32,000 nucleotides of DNA from Candidatus Hermodarchaeota archaeon (GCA_048886185.1 JBHLKY010000008.1:1-32000); one strand, 5' to 3'. Positions 1 to 9,758 are shown, numbered from the stretch's first letter. The notes: generated by a model not told the origin, from the sequence alone. Numbers and translations are program-made.

Positions 1-33
1 TTTTGATTTTCTTTTAGAATAATGTGATTAATC

Positions 34-810
34 ATGTCTGATAATTTTCTCAGTACTGCTACAGAGGCCGCAACAGAGGCTGGAAAATTACTCCTCGATC
101 ATTATGGGACAACAACCAGAAAATTCAAACGTGATCGAAGTGTTGTAACTGAGGCTGACTTAAAAGCAGATAAATTGATTAGATCCATCATTTTAGATAA
201 ATTTCCTTCACACTCAATTCTTAGCGAAGAATCTAGTGAGACAATCAAAGATCGTGATTTTTTGTGGGTAATAGACCCTTTAGACGGTAGTACCAATTAT
301 AGTGTCTGTAATCCTTTCTTTGCAGTTTCTATTGGCCTATTATGTAAACGACAACCTTTGATTGGGGTGGTATACTTTCCCATACAAAATGAATTATTTG
401 TTGCCAAAAAGAACGAAGGTGCATACTTGAATAACGATTTGATTAATGTTGATATGAAGGCTACACTTGAGAAATCCTTCCTATCATTCTGTAATGGTAG
501 GGATTCTACATCACGAAAAACAATGATTCAAATATACAACAAGATAAAAATGAAAAATAATGTTCTACGGCATGTGGGGGCTCCTTCTCTCCAACTTAGT
601 TACGTAGCATCAGGACGTTTTGGAGTATTCATTATGCCAGGGATAAATTCCTATGATATCGTAGCAGGGGCTCTAATTGTACAAGAAGCAAATGGTAAAG
701 TTACTGATTTTCAGAATAATCCCTTTACAATAGATTCCCCGAATATCTTAGCATCTGCACCTTCAATGCATCAAACACTATTAAAGATACTAGGTCAAAT
801 TCAAGATTAA
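34..810 (+). CDS. suhB: Inositol monophosphatase family protein (IMPase/FBPase, SuhB-like)
   Basis: Motifs VTEADLKAD, ILSEE, WVIDPLDGSTNY, YVASGR and YDIVAG (usual WDxAAG). Confidence 0.9.
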   Translation: MSDNFLSTATEAATEAGKLLLDHYGTTTRKFKRDRSVVTEADLKADKLIRSIILDKFPSHSILSEESSETIKDRDFLWVIDPLDGSTNYSVCNPFFAVSIGLLCKRQPLIGVVYFPIQNELFVAKKNEGAYLNNDLINVDMKATLEKSFLSFCNGRDSTSRKTMIQIYNKIKMKNNVLRHVGAPSLQLSYVASGRFGVFIMPGINSYDIVAGALIVQEANGKVTDFQNNPFTIDSPNILASAPSMHQTLLKILGQIQD

Positions 811-903
811 TGATCCTGTAAAAACCAATTATTAGAAAAGTGAGGTTCTCATTCCGTTTATCTCTAATTTATAAACGATTATATGTAACAAAGAATTCAA
901 AAA

Positions 904-1401
904 TTAATAGATGAAAGGGATCAATTTTTTCGTCTTTTTTTGATACTCAAGATACTCCTCTTGGAACCTAGTTATAAGCATCTTTTCTTCGTTTGAAATT
1001 CGGTAAATAAAGCATGGAATGATAAATAGCATTAGTACAAACCCTAACATGCTGGATAATGTTATGGTGATTCCAAGTTGAGCAATAATATCACCAGTAT
1101 AAGCAGGATGGCGGACATATTTATACAATCCAGTCTGTATAAGTTTATGTGTGTCAAGAAGTTGCAATCGATATGAAAATTGTTTTTTGAGGATTCTACG
1201 GCAATAAAGTCGAATGCCAACTCCAAAGATGAAAAACACCATTCCAATAAACGGAAAAGGGAAATCTAAATTCATTTCTTGGATGAAAATAAAATCAATT
1301 ACTGAAATAAAAAGAGAGGTTACCCAAACTATAGAAGCTGGAACAACAAACTTCCAATCCCACGAATACTGATTTTCTCCTTTTTCTTCCATTGTTTTCA
1401 C
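904..1401 (-). CDS. Isoprenylcysteine carboxylmethyltransferase (ICMT/Ste14) family membrane methyltransferase
   Basis: Several TM segments; LIQTGLYKYVRHPAYTG and RISNEEKML...EEYLEYQKKTKKLIPFIY signature. Confidence 0.85.
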   Translation of the reverse strand: MKTMEEKGENQYSWDWKFVVPASIVWVTSLFISVIDFIFIQEMNLDFPFPFIGMVFFIFGVGIRLYCRRILKKQFSYRLQLLDTHKLIQTGLYKYVRHPAYTGDIIAQLGITITLSSMLGFVLMLFIIPCFIYRISNEEKMLITRFQEEYLEYQKKTKKLIPFIY

Positions 1402-1675
1402 ATTTAGTAATGAATAAACATGTTGTTTAACACATTAGAAGACTTAATAAAAACTGATTTTCTATCATTACTAGATGCGATTTTAGCAATAACTGAAAAT
1501 ATTTATTTATAGATTTTTGAAAGGATTAACCTTAACCTATTATTTTCTAATAACGCTCTATCTTCTAAGATCTATATGAAATTTTAAAATTCAGAGAAAA
1601 ATATTCTTTACACTTCTTCTTATCTGATCTTTATTAGGGTTTATACCTGTGCATTGATTAGATGTTACTTCAATA

Positions 1676-2098
1676 TTATTCTGCTAGACTAAGATATAAG
1701 TAGCCAATTATTAAACCAGCTATTCCAACAAAATACAGTGCAAACCATACCTCATATATGATCAGACTCGAAAAGGTAAAGATTATAACTATTCCTGCAA
1801 TCTCAAGGAGTCCTGTTCTTCCTCCAGTGTATTCTCGTACTACTGTATACACCATAAGAGTAAAAAAAAACATTATTCCCCACACAATTAAATGAAAAAT
1901 AGTCAGAAGAGGAGTAAATGTCCCTCCAAATAATTCAAACTCGAGAAAGAGAAACCCTAGAAACGAGTTTTGTAATTCAACCGGGAAAAAAAGGAATAAT
2001 AACTCCAATAAGGAACATATTGAGAATATTAAAGTACCCAGGATTAAAGTTCGTACCTCTTTTGAGACCCACAGATTTTGATAAATAGTTTGAGCCAT
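1676..2098 (-). CDS. Hypothetical integral membrane protein (~4 TM)
   Basis: 140-aa ATG ORF with about four hydrophobic segments; no recognised motif. Confidence 0.7.
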   Translation of the reverse strand: MAQTIYQNLWVSKEVRTLILGTLIFSICSLLELLFLFFPVELQNSFLGFLFLEFELFGGTFTPLLTIFHLIVWGIMFFFTLMVYTVVREYTGGRTGLLEIAGIVIIFTFSSLIIYEVWFALYFVGIAGLIIGYLYLSLAE

Positions 2099-2637
2099 AA
2101 ATCATCTAGCTCCTTTCAGAGTTCCCAAATGGTTGCCTCTTTGTGTTCATTTTTAATTTTTTGTTTTTTTTATTAGAATTCTTACAAGGATTCCTTCTCA
2201 TTTTAAGAAAAGAAATGGTTACAATATGAGAATCAAGAAAAATAAAAGAGGATTTAGATAGTGTCTCAGTAAGAACTATCTAGAGGATGATTAAAATGAA
2301 ACTGGATCCATTCAATCCTCTAAAATTTATTATTTCAGTCTATAATTATTCTAGAGAAAAGTAACCATTTGTTATTTCTAATTAATAAGACACTTACTGA
2401 TTCAGGTAAGTAAAAATGAAATTAAAAGCTAATCTTTATAAGTGGAAGAAATAGGAGGAAGATGGTGAAGGTTTAGAATAAAGCCTTATCTACATTTAGA
2501 ACCAGTGTCTCACGATTGGTAGAGTGTTCGAAGAGGACTGTAAGCTTAGAATTTACTAATTTAACATCAAGTTATGCAACCATCAAGACATTTATGTGTA
2601 TGAATAAAGACTTTACTTATTCAATGAGGTCTACATA

Positions 2638-3339
2638 ATGAAAATCGTCCTGTTAGGCCCCTATAACAGTGGAAAATCAACAACCGTTCAGAAGATATGT
2701 CGTGGCTCAGCAATTTCAATTGATTATGGCGGAACCACTGTCGCGTTAGATCATTGCCGAACTCAAATTTATGGAGTAGAAGTTTTTCTATTTGGAACTC
2801 CAGGACTCCATCGATTTGAAATAATTCGAAAAATTTTAAGCAAAGGAGCAGATGGGATCCTTTTTATTGTGGATTCAGTGAATGTAGCCTCTTTTGAGGA
2901 AGCAACGAAGCTTTTACGTGAGGTCTATGAAGTTTTACCTGGTGTCCCAATTGTACTCTGTGCCAACAAACAAGATATTAAAGGCGCAAAAAAGCCCCAT
3001 GAAGTAGCAGAGGCAGTTTTAGGTAAAAATAAAGAGAATATATCAGTAATTGGAACTTCAGCTAAAACTGGAGAACAGCTTGAACATGCTTTAGGCCTTA
3101 TAGTACTTAATGCGATCAAACAATACTATGATATACTCTTAGCGGTTAAGAAATCAAATGGAGAACTTATAGATATCGCAAAAAACATCAATAAATCCGA
3201 GAAAGAGGTTCATTCCCAACTTCAATTCGCTTCTTGGAGACGTCTGATAATTGCAGATTGGGATAACCTCAGATTTAGCTTGACTAAAGGAGTATCGAAT
3301 ATTACTGACATTCTGGAATTTGGGCACAAACAAATTTAA
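2638..3339 (+). CDS. Small GTPase of the MglA/CvnD-related archaeal class with a C-terminal extension (possible winged helix)
   Basis: G1 GPYNSGKST, TTVALDH, G3 FGTPG, G4 NKQD, G5 SAK; ~70-aa helical tail beyond the G domain. Confidence 0.85.
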   Translation: MKIVLLGPYNSGKSTTVQKICRGSAISIDYGGTTVALDHCRTQIYGVEVFLFGTPGLHRFEIIRKILSKGADGILFIVDSVNVASFEEATKLLREVYEVLPGVPIVLCANKQDIKGAKKPHEVAEAVLGKNKENISVIGTSAKTGEQLEHALGLIVLNAIKQYYDILLAVKKSNGELIDIAKNINKSEKEVHSQLQFASWRRLIIADWDNLRFSLTKGVSNITDILEFGHKQI

Positions 3340-3370
3340 GCAAGTGTAGAAAGATCATTCTAGAAAGGAG

Positions 3371-3553
3371 TTGGCATATTTGGTTGAAAAACCTGATGTC
3401 TATATTTGTCAAAATAAAAATTGTGGACACCGTTTTCAAAAAGCGAAATTCATCACTGTTGAAGAAGACGGGGTCTATATTACAAAGCCTAGCTGTCCAA
3501 AATGCGATACGACAGATATAATCTCTTCTGCTTGGTTGTTAAAAGAAGAATAG
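3371..3553 (+). CDS. Small zinc-ribbon protein
   Basis: CQNKNC...CPKC; TTG start directly preceded by GAAAGGAG SD-like sequence; co-oriented with both neighbours. Confidence 0.7.
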   Translation: MAYLVEKPDVYICQNKNCGHRFQKAKFITVEEDGVYITKPSCPKCDTTDIISSAWLLKEE

Positions 3554-3601
3554 TGAGAATTGAGAGACACCTCACGGCTGTAGAACCCTTCCAACCCTTG
3601 T

Positions 3602-4135
3602 GTGATATTCTTGAGCTTCCTGATTAGCTCCCAACGAACCTTCGAACGTGACGCTCTTTCTGAGGCATATTATGTAATCTCTGACATTTTAGGGTATAAT
3701 GTCCGTCCCCTTAGATCTCGGGTTCCAGGTTTATCAATTTTAAGGTTAAATGAGGATATCAGTCCTATTAAAGTTATCGAAGGCATCCAGAATTATATAC
3801 AAAAAAAAGGTCCCCTAGTTGCTTGTTTGAAAGTTGTACCGCTCGAATTACTTATAAAGACAGATCTTTTACAAATTACTGAAAATGCAGTATCTCTCGC
3901 AAAAGAGAAGATTCTTCCGACAAATTCATGGAAAATCTATGTAAAAAAACGACAAACTACTTTAAGAACTATCCAAGTAGTTGAAACAATTGCAGAAAAA
4001 ATCAACTGGGGAATGGTGAATTTATCGACACCTGATTTTGAAATTCGAATTGAAATTGTAAGAGATCTGACTGGAATATCTGTAATGAAGCCAAATTCTT
4101 ACCTTAGTATGGCTAGGATAACAGGAGAGAACTAA
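3602..4135 (+). CDS. THUMP-domain RNA-binding protein (Tan1-like)
   Basis: KVVP...SWKIYVKKR...VNLSTPDFEIRIEIV pattern of THUMP domains; start codon uncertain. Confidence 0.8.
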   Translation: MIFLSFLISSQRTFERDALSEAYYVISDILGYNVRPLRSRVPGLSILRLNEDISPIKVIEGIQNYIQKKGPLVACLKVVPLELLIKTDLLQITENAVSLAKEKILPTNSWKIYVKKRQTTLRTIQVVETIAEKINWGMVNLSTPDFEIRIEIVRDLTGISVMKPNSYLSMARITGEN

Positions 4136-4155
4136 AAATCTACCCTGTAGACTTC

Positions 4156-4635
4156 TCATTCTAAGGCTAAAAGAGCTATCTGTTGAAGGACTGCTTTCTC
4201 AATTTCAGAAAACGTGAAATTAGCACTGGGGAATCCATTCTTAGCCAACATATCGATAAAATATTGTCTTTTAGATGAATAATCATTTAAAAAGTTGATG
4301 TTGGGTATCAATTCAAGTTCTGCTTTGAGGTGATTATTACCATTAATGACTTGATGGGAGTTTTCACCAATTAACAATCCGACAACAACTTTTGTTGACT
4401 CCCTGATCCCTAGAAGAGTTATGGCTTTCTTAATCTGTCTTTGAGCAGCTACATATAGAAGAACTTCCATTGAAAGGCTTTTGGAAATCATTTGATTACT
4501 ATTCTTCGCATTTAATGCATGCCACACAGCGGAGTAAAGATGACGATAACTCCAAATGTACCGATTATCAAACAATTGTACTGCTGATAAACTATATTCT
4601 GTTGAAATTTGGTTTAAAATCGTTCCTACATTCAA
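4156..4635 (-). CDS. cgi121: KEOPS complex subunit Cgi121
   Basis: VQLFD...HLYSAVWHA...SKSLSMEVLLYVAAQRQIKKAI..LG signature; the frame stays open upstream to 4725. Confidence 0.85.
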   Translation of the reverse strand: MNVGTILNQISTEYSLSAVQLFDNRYIWSYRHLYSAVWHALNAKNSNQMISKSLSMEVLLYVAAQRQIKKAITLLGIRESTKVVVGLLIGENSHQVINGNNHLKAELELIPNINFLNDYSSKRQYFIDMLAKNGFPSANFTFSEIEKAVLQQIALLALE

Positions 4636-4839
4636 AGGGGATAAATTTATACCAAGTGATCCAGTGAAAACTAATAAGGATAATCCATCAACTTTATCGA
4701 GGATGTAATTCTTGTTTTGGTTGATTTATACAACTCTCCATAAGCAAATGTATAGTTCATGTTTTTAGATTTTCTTTTAACCTTTCCCAGTATTTTGGGA
4801 ATATTATTGTATTCTGGTTTAAAGTGTTGATCTAAGAAG

Positions 4840-5442
4840 ATGACTAAATTTAGAATAGTCAGTTGGCAAGAAATAGACCACCTAGCACGAAATCTTTTTC
4901 ATTTAATAAAAAATGATGGATTTGAACCTGAAATCATCTTAGGTATAAGTAGAGGAGGGACAATCCCCGCAAGATTATTGAGCGATATGTTTGATGCTGA
5001 GATTCCTTTTAAAAAAGGAGGAAATATTTCAATACTAGCTTCAATGCAAATAAAATTTTATACTGGAATTGCAGAGACTCATACGCGACCTGTAGTTGCT
5101 CAAGATGTAACTGTTGAAATACAACAAAAAAGAATTCTATTAGTGGATGATCTTGTGGATAGTGGGGAAAGTGTTCAATGTGCTCTCGATTATCTTAAGC
5201 TGAAAAATCCAAAAGAAATTAGAATAGCTACCCTTCTATATAAACCTTGGTCTAAGGTCACCCCACACTATTATGTCGAAGAAAGTAACGAATGGGTCGT
5301 TTTTCCTCATGAATATTATGAATTTATGACAGAGCGGACGTTAAGCAAAGGTTATGATACGGCAGAGGCATGGGAAACCTTTACCAAACTAGGTATCCCC
5401 GATGCAGCTGTAAATTTCTTTGTAAAGAATTTCTTGACATAA
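4840..5442 (+). CDS. Type I phosphoribosyltransferase (archaeal purine PRT-like)
   Basis: GISRGG loop, PRPP-binding ILLVDDLVDSGES, YKPWS, WVVFP. Confidence 0.88.
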   Translation: MTKFRIVSWQEIDHLARNLFHLIKNDGFEPEIILGISRGGTIPARLLSDMFDAEIPFKKGGNISILASMQIKFYTGIAETHTRPVVAQDVTVEIQQKRILLVDDLVDSGESVQCALDYLKLKNPKEIRIATLLYKPWSKVTPHYYVEESNEWVVFPHEYYEFMTERTLSKGYDTAEAWETFTKLGIPDAAVNFFVKNFLT

Positions 5443-5549
5443 CTCAATAAAAATCAAGTAAAGCATACAGTGGGGGAAAAGTACTTTTGAATAGTAAAAT
5501 CTTAGTTATTTTGATATAAAATACGTTGAATAGGATATTGTGGTTACTA

Positions 5550-7448
5550 ATGCAGTTACTGTTAGTTCATTCAGATGGATTTAGTTGGAAAGTTAATGAG
5601 AATGCAATAAGTAATCCAGAATCGCTGAATGATGATATTTTGGGAGAATATAAAACAAACGATTCTGTTATGGTTATTTTTATTGGTATAGAGGGAGGTG
5701 ATACTGAAAAACCTTCTCAAATCATTGATAGTGCTACTTTAGAGATTCATCAAGCTCTTCGAGATGTTAAGGAGACTAATATGATACTATATCCATGGGT
5801 CCACCTAGTGAAAACGACCCCAGCAAAACCAAATGACGCCTTACAAATTTTACAAGCATTAGAAGTGCAACTACGCAAAGAACTATCAAATTTTCATATT
5901 CTTCGAGCCCCTTTTGGGTACTATAAAGCTTTTTCTTTGCAATGCAAAGGACATGCTCTTGCAGAGCGCTCTAAAGAGATTATAGGGGAAATACAAAAAA
6001 CAGAAGAAAAATCCACAGTAGAAATCACTGCAGCAATCACGGCTGAAGATGAGATGAAATCTAAGTTCTTCATTCTTACTCCAACAGGTGAATTAAATTC
6101 ATGTGATTCATTCAATTTTAAAGCGCTAAAAGATTTTCAAACATTTGTTAGTTACGAAACTGCAAAAGACAGAACAGTGAGCTCTCCTCCTGAACATGTC
6201 GAACTCATGAAACAATTAGAATTAATCGATTATGAAGAAGGAAGTGATGCTGGTAATTTTCGTATTCTACCAAGAGGTTACATCGTCAAGCATTTGATTG
6301 AAAAACACGTCCTTGAGATGGCAATCGAATATGGGGCTATGGTTATTGAAACTCCCTTAATGTATTCCTATGATCATCCTTCTCTAAAAAAATATCTGGA
6401 ACGTTTTCCTGCTCGCCAATATGTTGTTAAATCGGGTCAAAAAGATTACTTTCTTAGATTTTCAGCATGTTTTGGTCAATTTCTTACTTTAGCAGACTCT
6501 ATCCTTAGTTATCGTCAGCTGCCATTGAAGATGTTTGAATTATCTAATTCTTTTAGACGGGAACAAAGAGGTGAATTAGCTGGGATCCGTCGGCTTCGTG
6601 CGTTTACTATGCCCGACTTGCATACTGTGACTATAGATATGCCAATGGCTAAGAAAGAATTTGAGACTCAATTCTTACTTGCGCTTCAGTATATGAATGA
6701 CATTGAGGTTAATTTTGAGACTGCATTCCGGATGACGACTGATTTTTTTGAGGAGAATAGGGATTGGATTATATCTCTGATAAATAAACTTGAAAAACCT
6801 ATTTTACTCGAATTATTTGACACAAGGTACGCCTATTTTATCTTGAAATTTGAATTCAATATCGCTGATGCCCAAAGAAAAGCTGCGGCCTTATCAACGG
6901 TCCAAATTGATGTTGAAAATTCAGAACGATTTAATATAAAATATATTAATGACCAAGGAGGGGAGACATATCCTCTGCTTCTCCATTGTTCGTTATCTGG
7001 ATCTACTGAACGAGTAATTTATGGAATTCTTGAGGAACAAATAAAATGTATAAAACAAGGTATCAAACCTCAGTTACCCCTATGGCTCTCTCCTGTACAA
7101 GTTCGAATTCTACCAGTCACAGAGAAACATCTTCATTATTCTGAGCAAATTGCTGAAAAATTAGAACAGAGAAACATTCGAGTGGAAATTGATGACCGTG
7201 ATCTCTCACTAGCAAAGAAAATTCGAGCTGCAGAAAAACTTTGGACCCCCCTGATATTTGTAATAGGTGATAAGGAATTAAATCAGAATAAAATAAGTGT
7301 TCGTTATAGAAAGGAAAAAACCCAAGGATTTGAATCCTTAAAAACACCTATAATATATATTGAAAAACATACTGCAGGAAAGCCCACATTTTTAAGAGCG
7401 ATTCCAAAACTGGTGTCTCAACAACCCATATTCACACGAGAGGTTTAA
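5550..7448 (+). CDS. thrS: Threonyl-tRNA synthetase, archaeal type with N-terminal editing domain
   Basis: N-terminus MQLLLVHSDGF (ATG at 5550 preferred over TTG at 5526), APFGYYKAF, LRFSACFG, FRREQRGE..G..RLRAFTMPDLH, LHCS..GSTER, C-terminal anticodon-binding domain. Confidence 0.97.
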   Translation: MQLLLVHSDGFSWKVNENAISNPESLNDDILGEYKTNDSVMVIFIGIEGGDTEKPSQIIDSATLEIHQALRDVKETNMILYPWVHLVKTTPAKPNDALQILQALEVQLRKELSNFHILRAPFGYYKAFSLQCKGHALAERSKEIIGEIQKTEEKSTVEITAAITAEDEMKSKFFILTPTGELNSCDSFNFKALKDFQTFVSYETAKDRTVSSPPEHVELMKQLELIDYEEGSDAGNFRILPRGYIVKHLIEKHVLEMAIEYGAMVIETPLMYSYDHPSLKKYLERFPARQYVVKSGQKDYFLRFSACFGQFLTLADSILSYRQLPLKMFELSNSFRREQRGELAGIRRLRAFTMPDLHTVTIDMPMAKKEFETQFLLALQYMNDIEVNFETAFRMTTDFFEENRDWIISLINKLEKPILLELFDTRYAYFILKFEFNIADAQRKAAALSTVQIDVENSERFNIKYINDQGGETYPLLLHCSLSGSTERVIYGILEEQIKCIKQGIKPQLPLWLSPVQVRILPVTEKHLHYSEQIAEKLEQRNIRVEIDDRDLSLAKKIRAAEKLWTPLIFVIGDKELNQNKISVRYRKEKTQGFESLKTPIIYIEKHTAGKPTFLRAIPKLVSQQPIFTREV

Positions 7449-7644
7449 GAAATAGTTTTTAAGAAACCACATAAATCATTAAATAAATAAAAATAGCTAA
7501 TATATCAACGAATACAAAAGCTAAAATGTCTTAATCAGAATAATTTATATCAGATAAACAGTTAATTAACATATTGGATCGTAGTAGAAGTATTCCTACC
7601 ATTAGAGTGATTTAGCCTTAGTTAATGTCTGAAAGTGAACTTTT

Positions 7645-8190
7645 ATGCCTACAAAACTGTTTGGTCGTGAAATTGAAAATCAAATCGCCTTTGTTGGATT
7701 AGCAAATGCAGGAAAAACCACATTAGTCAAAAGACTTAAAGGAGATGAAAATCTAGAGACCGTTCCAACAATGGGAATGAATATTGAGACCTTAAGAATT
7801 GGTAACATAGAAGTAATGGCAGCAGATTTAGGGGGCCAACCTACCTATCCTACTAGCTTGTGGGAACCATTTGTATCAAAAGCATCAGGTATTGTTTTTG
7901 TGTTTGATTCTGCAGACAGATCAAAGGTTGAGAATGCGGGAAAATGGTTGAAAAATGTTATTCAATGGGCACCGGAAGACTCTGCTTTCCTTTTTTTAGC
8001 AAATAAACAAGATTTATCAGAGGCAATGTCCCTTGAAAATATTATACACACGTTAGAACTGGAGAAAGAGATGTCTGCAAGGCCCAGAACCTTTGCAGTC
8101 TATCCTTGTTCAGCGTTAACGGGTGAGGGTGTCGATGAACCGTGGGATTGGATGAGTGATAGATTTCAGAGTAAAATTCCACGAAAGTAG
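7645..8190 (+). CDS. Arf-family-related small GTPase
   Basis: GLANAGKTT, PTMGMNIE, DLGGQ, FVFDSAD, NKQD, CSALTGEG. Confidence 0.92.
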   Translation: MPTKLFGREIENQIAFVGLANAGKTTLVKRLKGDENLETVPTMGMNIETLRIGNIEVMAADLGGQPTYPTSLWEPFVSKASGIVFVFDSADRSKVENAGKWLKNVIQWAPEDSAFLFLANKQDLSEAMSLENIIHTLELEKEMSARPRTFAVYPCSALTGEGVDEPWDWMSDRFQSKIPRK

Positions 8191-8199
8191 GTACCCTAA

Positions 8200-8763
8200 A
8201 TGAGTTTCCTTTCAAAGCTTCGCGCAAAATTTGCTAAAGAAAAATTAACAGTGAAGATTGCGTGGCTGGGTCTTGATCAGGCAGGAAAAACAACACTTGT
8301 CAAAAGGATAACTTCGGGGGAATTTGACAGCAGTACTTTCCGAACACTAGGTATGAATGTTGATGAATTCAGCTCTGGAAACGTTCGGTTTATCTCGTGG
8401 GACATTGGAGGCCAAGAAGCTTTCCGTGAATCATTATGGGAAAGCTATATGTCGGGTAGTATGGGTATCGTATATGTAGTTGATAGTGCTGACCGAGCAC
8501 GAATCAAGGAAGCTCAGACAGAATTATGGAAATATGTCTTAAACAATGATAAAGTAGAAAATATTCCAATTCTGGTTCTTGCTAACAAACAGGATCTTGA
8601 AAATGCCGCTTCAGCAGGTGAAGTTGCACGTGGACTTAACCTACACAAAGTTACAACTCATTCATATGCAATTGTTCCTACTTCAGCTAAAACTGGTTTT
8701 AACGTCGAAGAAGGACTGGAATGGCTTCGTCAAAGAGTAACTGAAAAGATTGAGCTCTTATAG
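8200..8763 (+). CDS. Arf/Arl-like small GTPase with N-terminal amphipathic helix
   Basis: MSFLSKLRAKF N-terminal helix, GLDQAGKTT, TLGMNV, WDIGGQ, VVDSAD, NKQD, GLNLH, SAKTG. Confidence 0.95.
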   Translation: MSFLSKLRAKFAKEKLTVKIAWLGLDQAGKTTLVKRITSGEFDSSTFRTLGMNVDEFSSGNVRFISWDIGGQEAFRESLWESYMSGSMGIVYVVDSADRARIKEAQTELWKYVLNNDKVENIPILVLANKQDLENAASAGEVARGLNLHKVTTHSYAIVPTSAKTGFNVEEGLEWLRQRVTEKIELL

Positions 8764-8809
8764 CCAAATTTCTTTTCATTCCCTTTAATTATCAATTTTC
8801 TAGATTAAC

Positions 8810-9604
8810 TTAAGATCTCTTTTTCATAACCATTTTCTCAGAGACCTCCCCAACTCGGTCACAGAGCATAAGGAATAGATCACGCATTTTCTCCAAATCT
8901 AAGTCTTCGTTAATCCGTGCATAAACACGAATTGATGGATCTTCAGCTGAATCCACTGAAATTCGAACAACTACTTTACGAACACTATGAAGTAATTTCA
9001 ATAGATTTCTATCACTAAGAAAGTATACTCCCGCTCGTTGAGAAGTTGCTTTAAGCAAGAAAAAGTCATCTAATTTTTTTACTCCAAGCTCTATCTCCTC
9101 AAGCTTAAATAAGAGCTCTTGATGCTTTTTTATTTGACCCTCTTCATGTTTGGGAAGAATTTGAATTTTCGTTGGAATTTTTCCTTTCTTGGAGTTCGCT
9201 TCTAAAGCAATGTAATCACTAACACCGGTAAACCAAGAAATAATAACAGAAAGCATAAGATGTCTTTCTTCTAAAGCAAAAATTACCCGAAAGTCTTTGA
9301 AGGATCTATCTACTGATTTCTTGTACTTTGGCAACAACATTCCGCCATTTGAACTCATCTCTTCCATAACAAGATCATCAAATTCTGTAAAGACTTCTAG
9401 CAAAGCCTCTCGTGCTAAATTCATTATTTTATGATTCTTTCTTCTCCCAGCCCATAAAAGATAAAAAGTAAAGAATAAAACGGTTCCTGGGCCTAAAAAT
9501 ATTATTATATAGTCAACCAAACCATATGCATTTTGGAGGTAAAACCGAGGTAAATATTCCAGAAGAAAGTCAAAAAATCCCGAGGACGGCATCATTGAAC
9601 TCAT
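8810..9604 (-). CDS. Single-pass membrane protein resembling CCDC47/DUF1682 (PAT complex subunit)
   Basis: TM helix followed by GRRKNHKI...REALLEVF and later EERHLMLSVIISWFTGVSDYI; these resemble remembered CCDC47 segments GKNKNSRL...RELLESNF and [20 protein letters not shown]. Confidence 0.6.
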   Translation of the reverse strand: MSSMMPSSGFFDFLLEYLPRFYLQNAYGLVDYIIIFLGPGTVLFFTFYLLWAGRRKNHKIMNLAREALLEVFTEFDDLVMEEMSSNGGMLLPKYKKSVDRSFKDFRVIFALEERHLMLSVIISWFTGVSDYIALEANSKKGKIPTKIQILPKHEEGQIKKHQELLFKLEEIELGVKKLDDFFLLKATSQRAGVYFLSDRNLLKLLHSVRKVVVRISVDSAEDPSIRVYARINEDLDLEKMRDLFLMLCDRVGEVSEKMVMKKRS

Positions 9605-9758
9605 GATCCAGAACTAGCTGAGAAATTTATTTGTTTTTCTTTGGATTCTTACCACTACAAATTCCCATCCAATATAAAGATGTTCTTTAAAGATACCTAA
9701 TAATCTCATTTAAAGCAGAAATTTTTCCCCAAGTGCATTTCCAATAAAGGATTTTTCC

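Noticed and set aside
904-1401. ICMT-like gene as evidence for prenylation of the local small GTPases
   Set aside because: None of the GTPases ends in a CaaX or CC motif (ends: GHKQI, KIPRK, IELL, ITRT), and ICMT-family proteins are widespread in prokaryotes.
2505-2545. tRNA-Tyr-like fragment (CTCACGATTGGTAGAG...GAGGACTGTAA)
   Set aside because: It resembles a D-loop and anticodon arm, but there is an extra insertion, no pairing acceptor stem and no T-arm (GTTCRAATC) downstream. At best a decayed remnant; a tRNAscan-SE/Infernal run would settle it.
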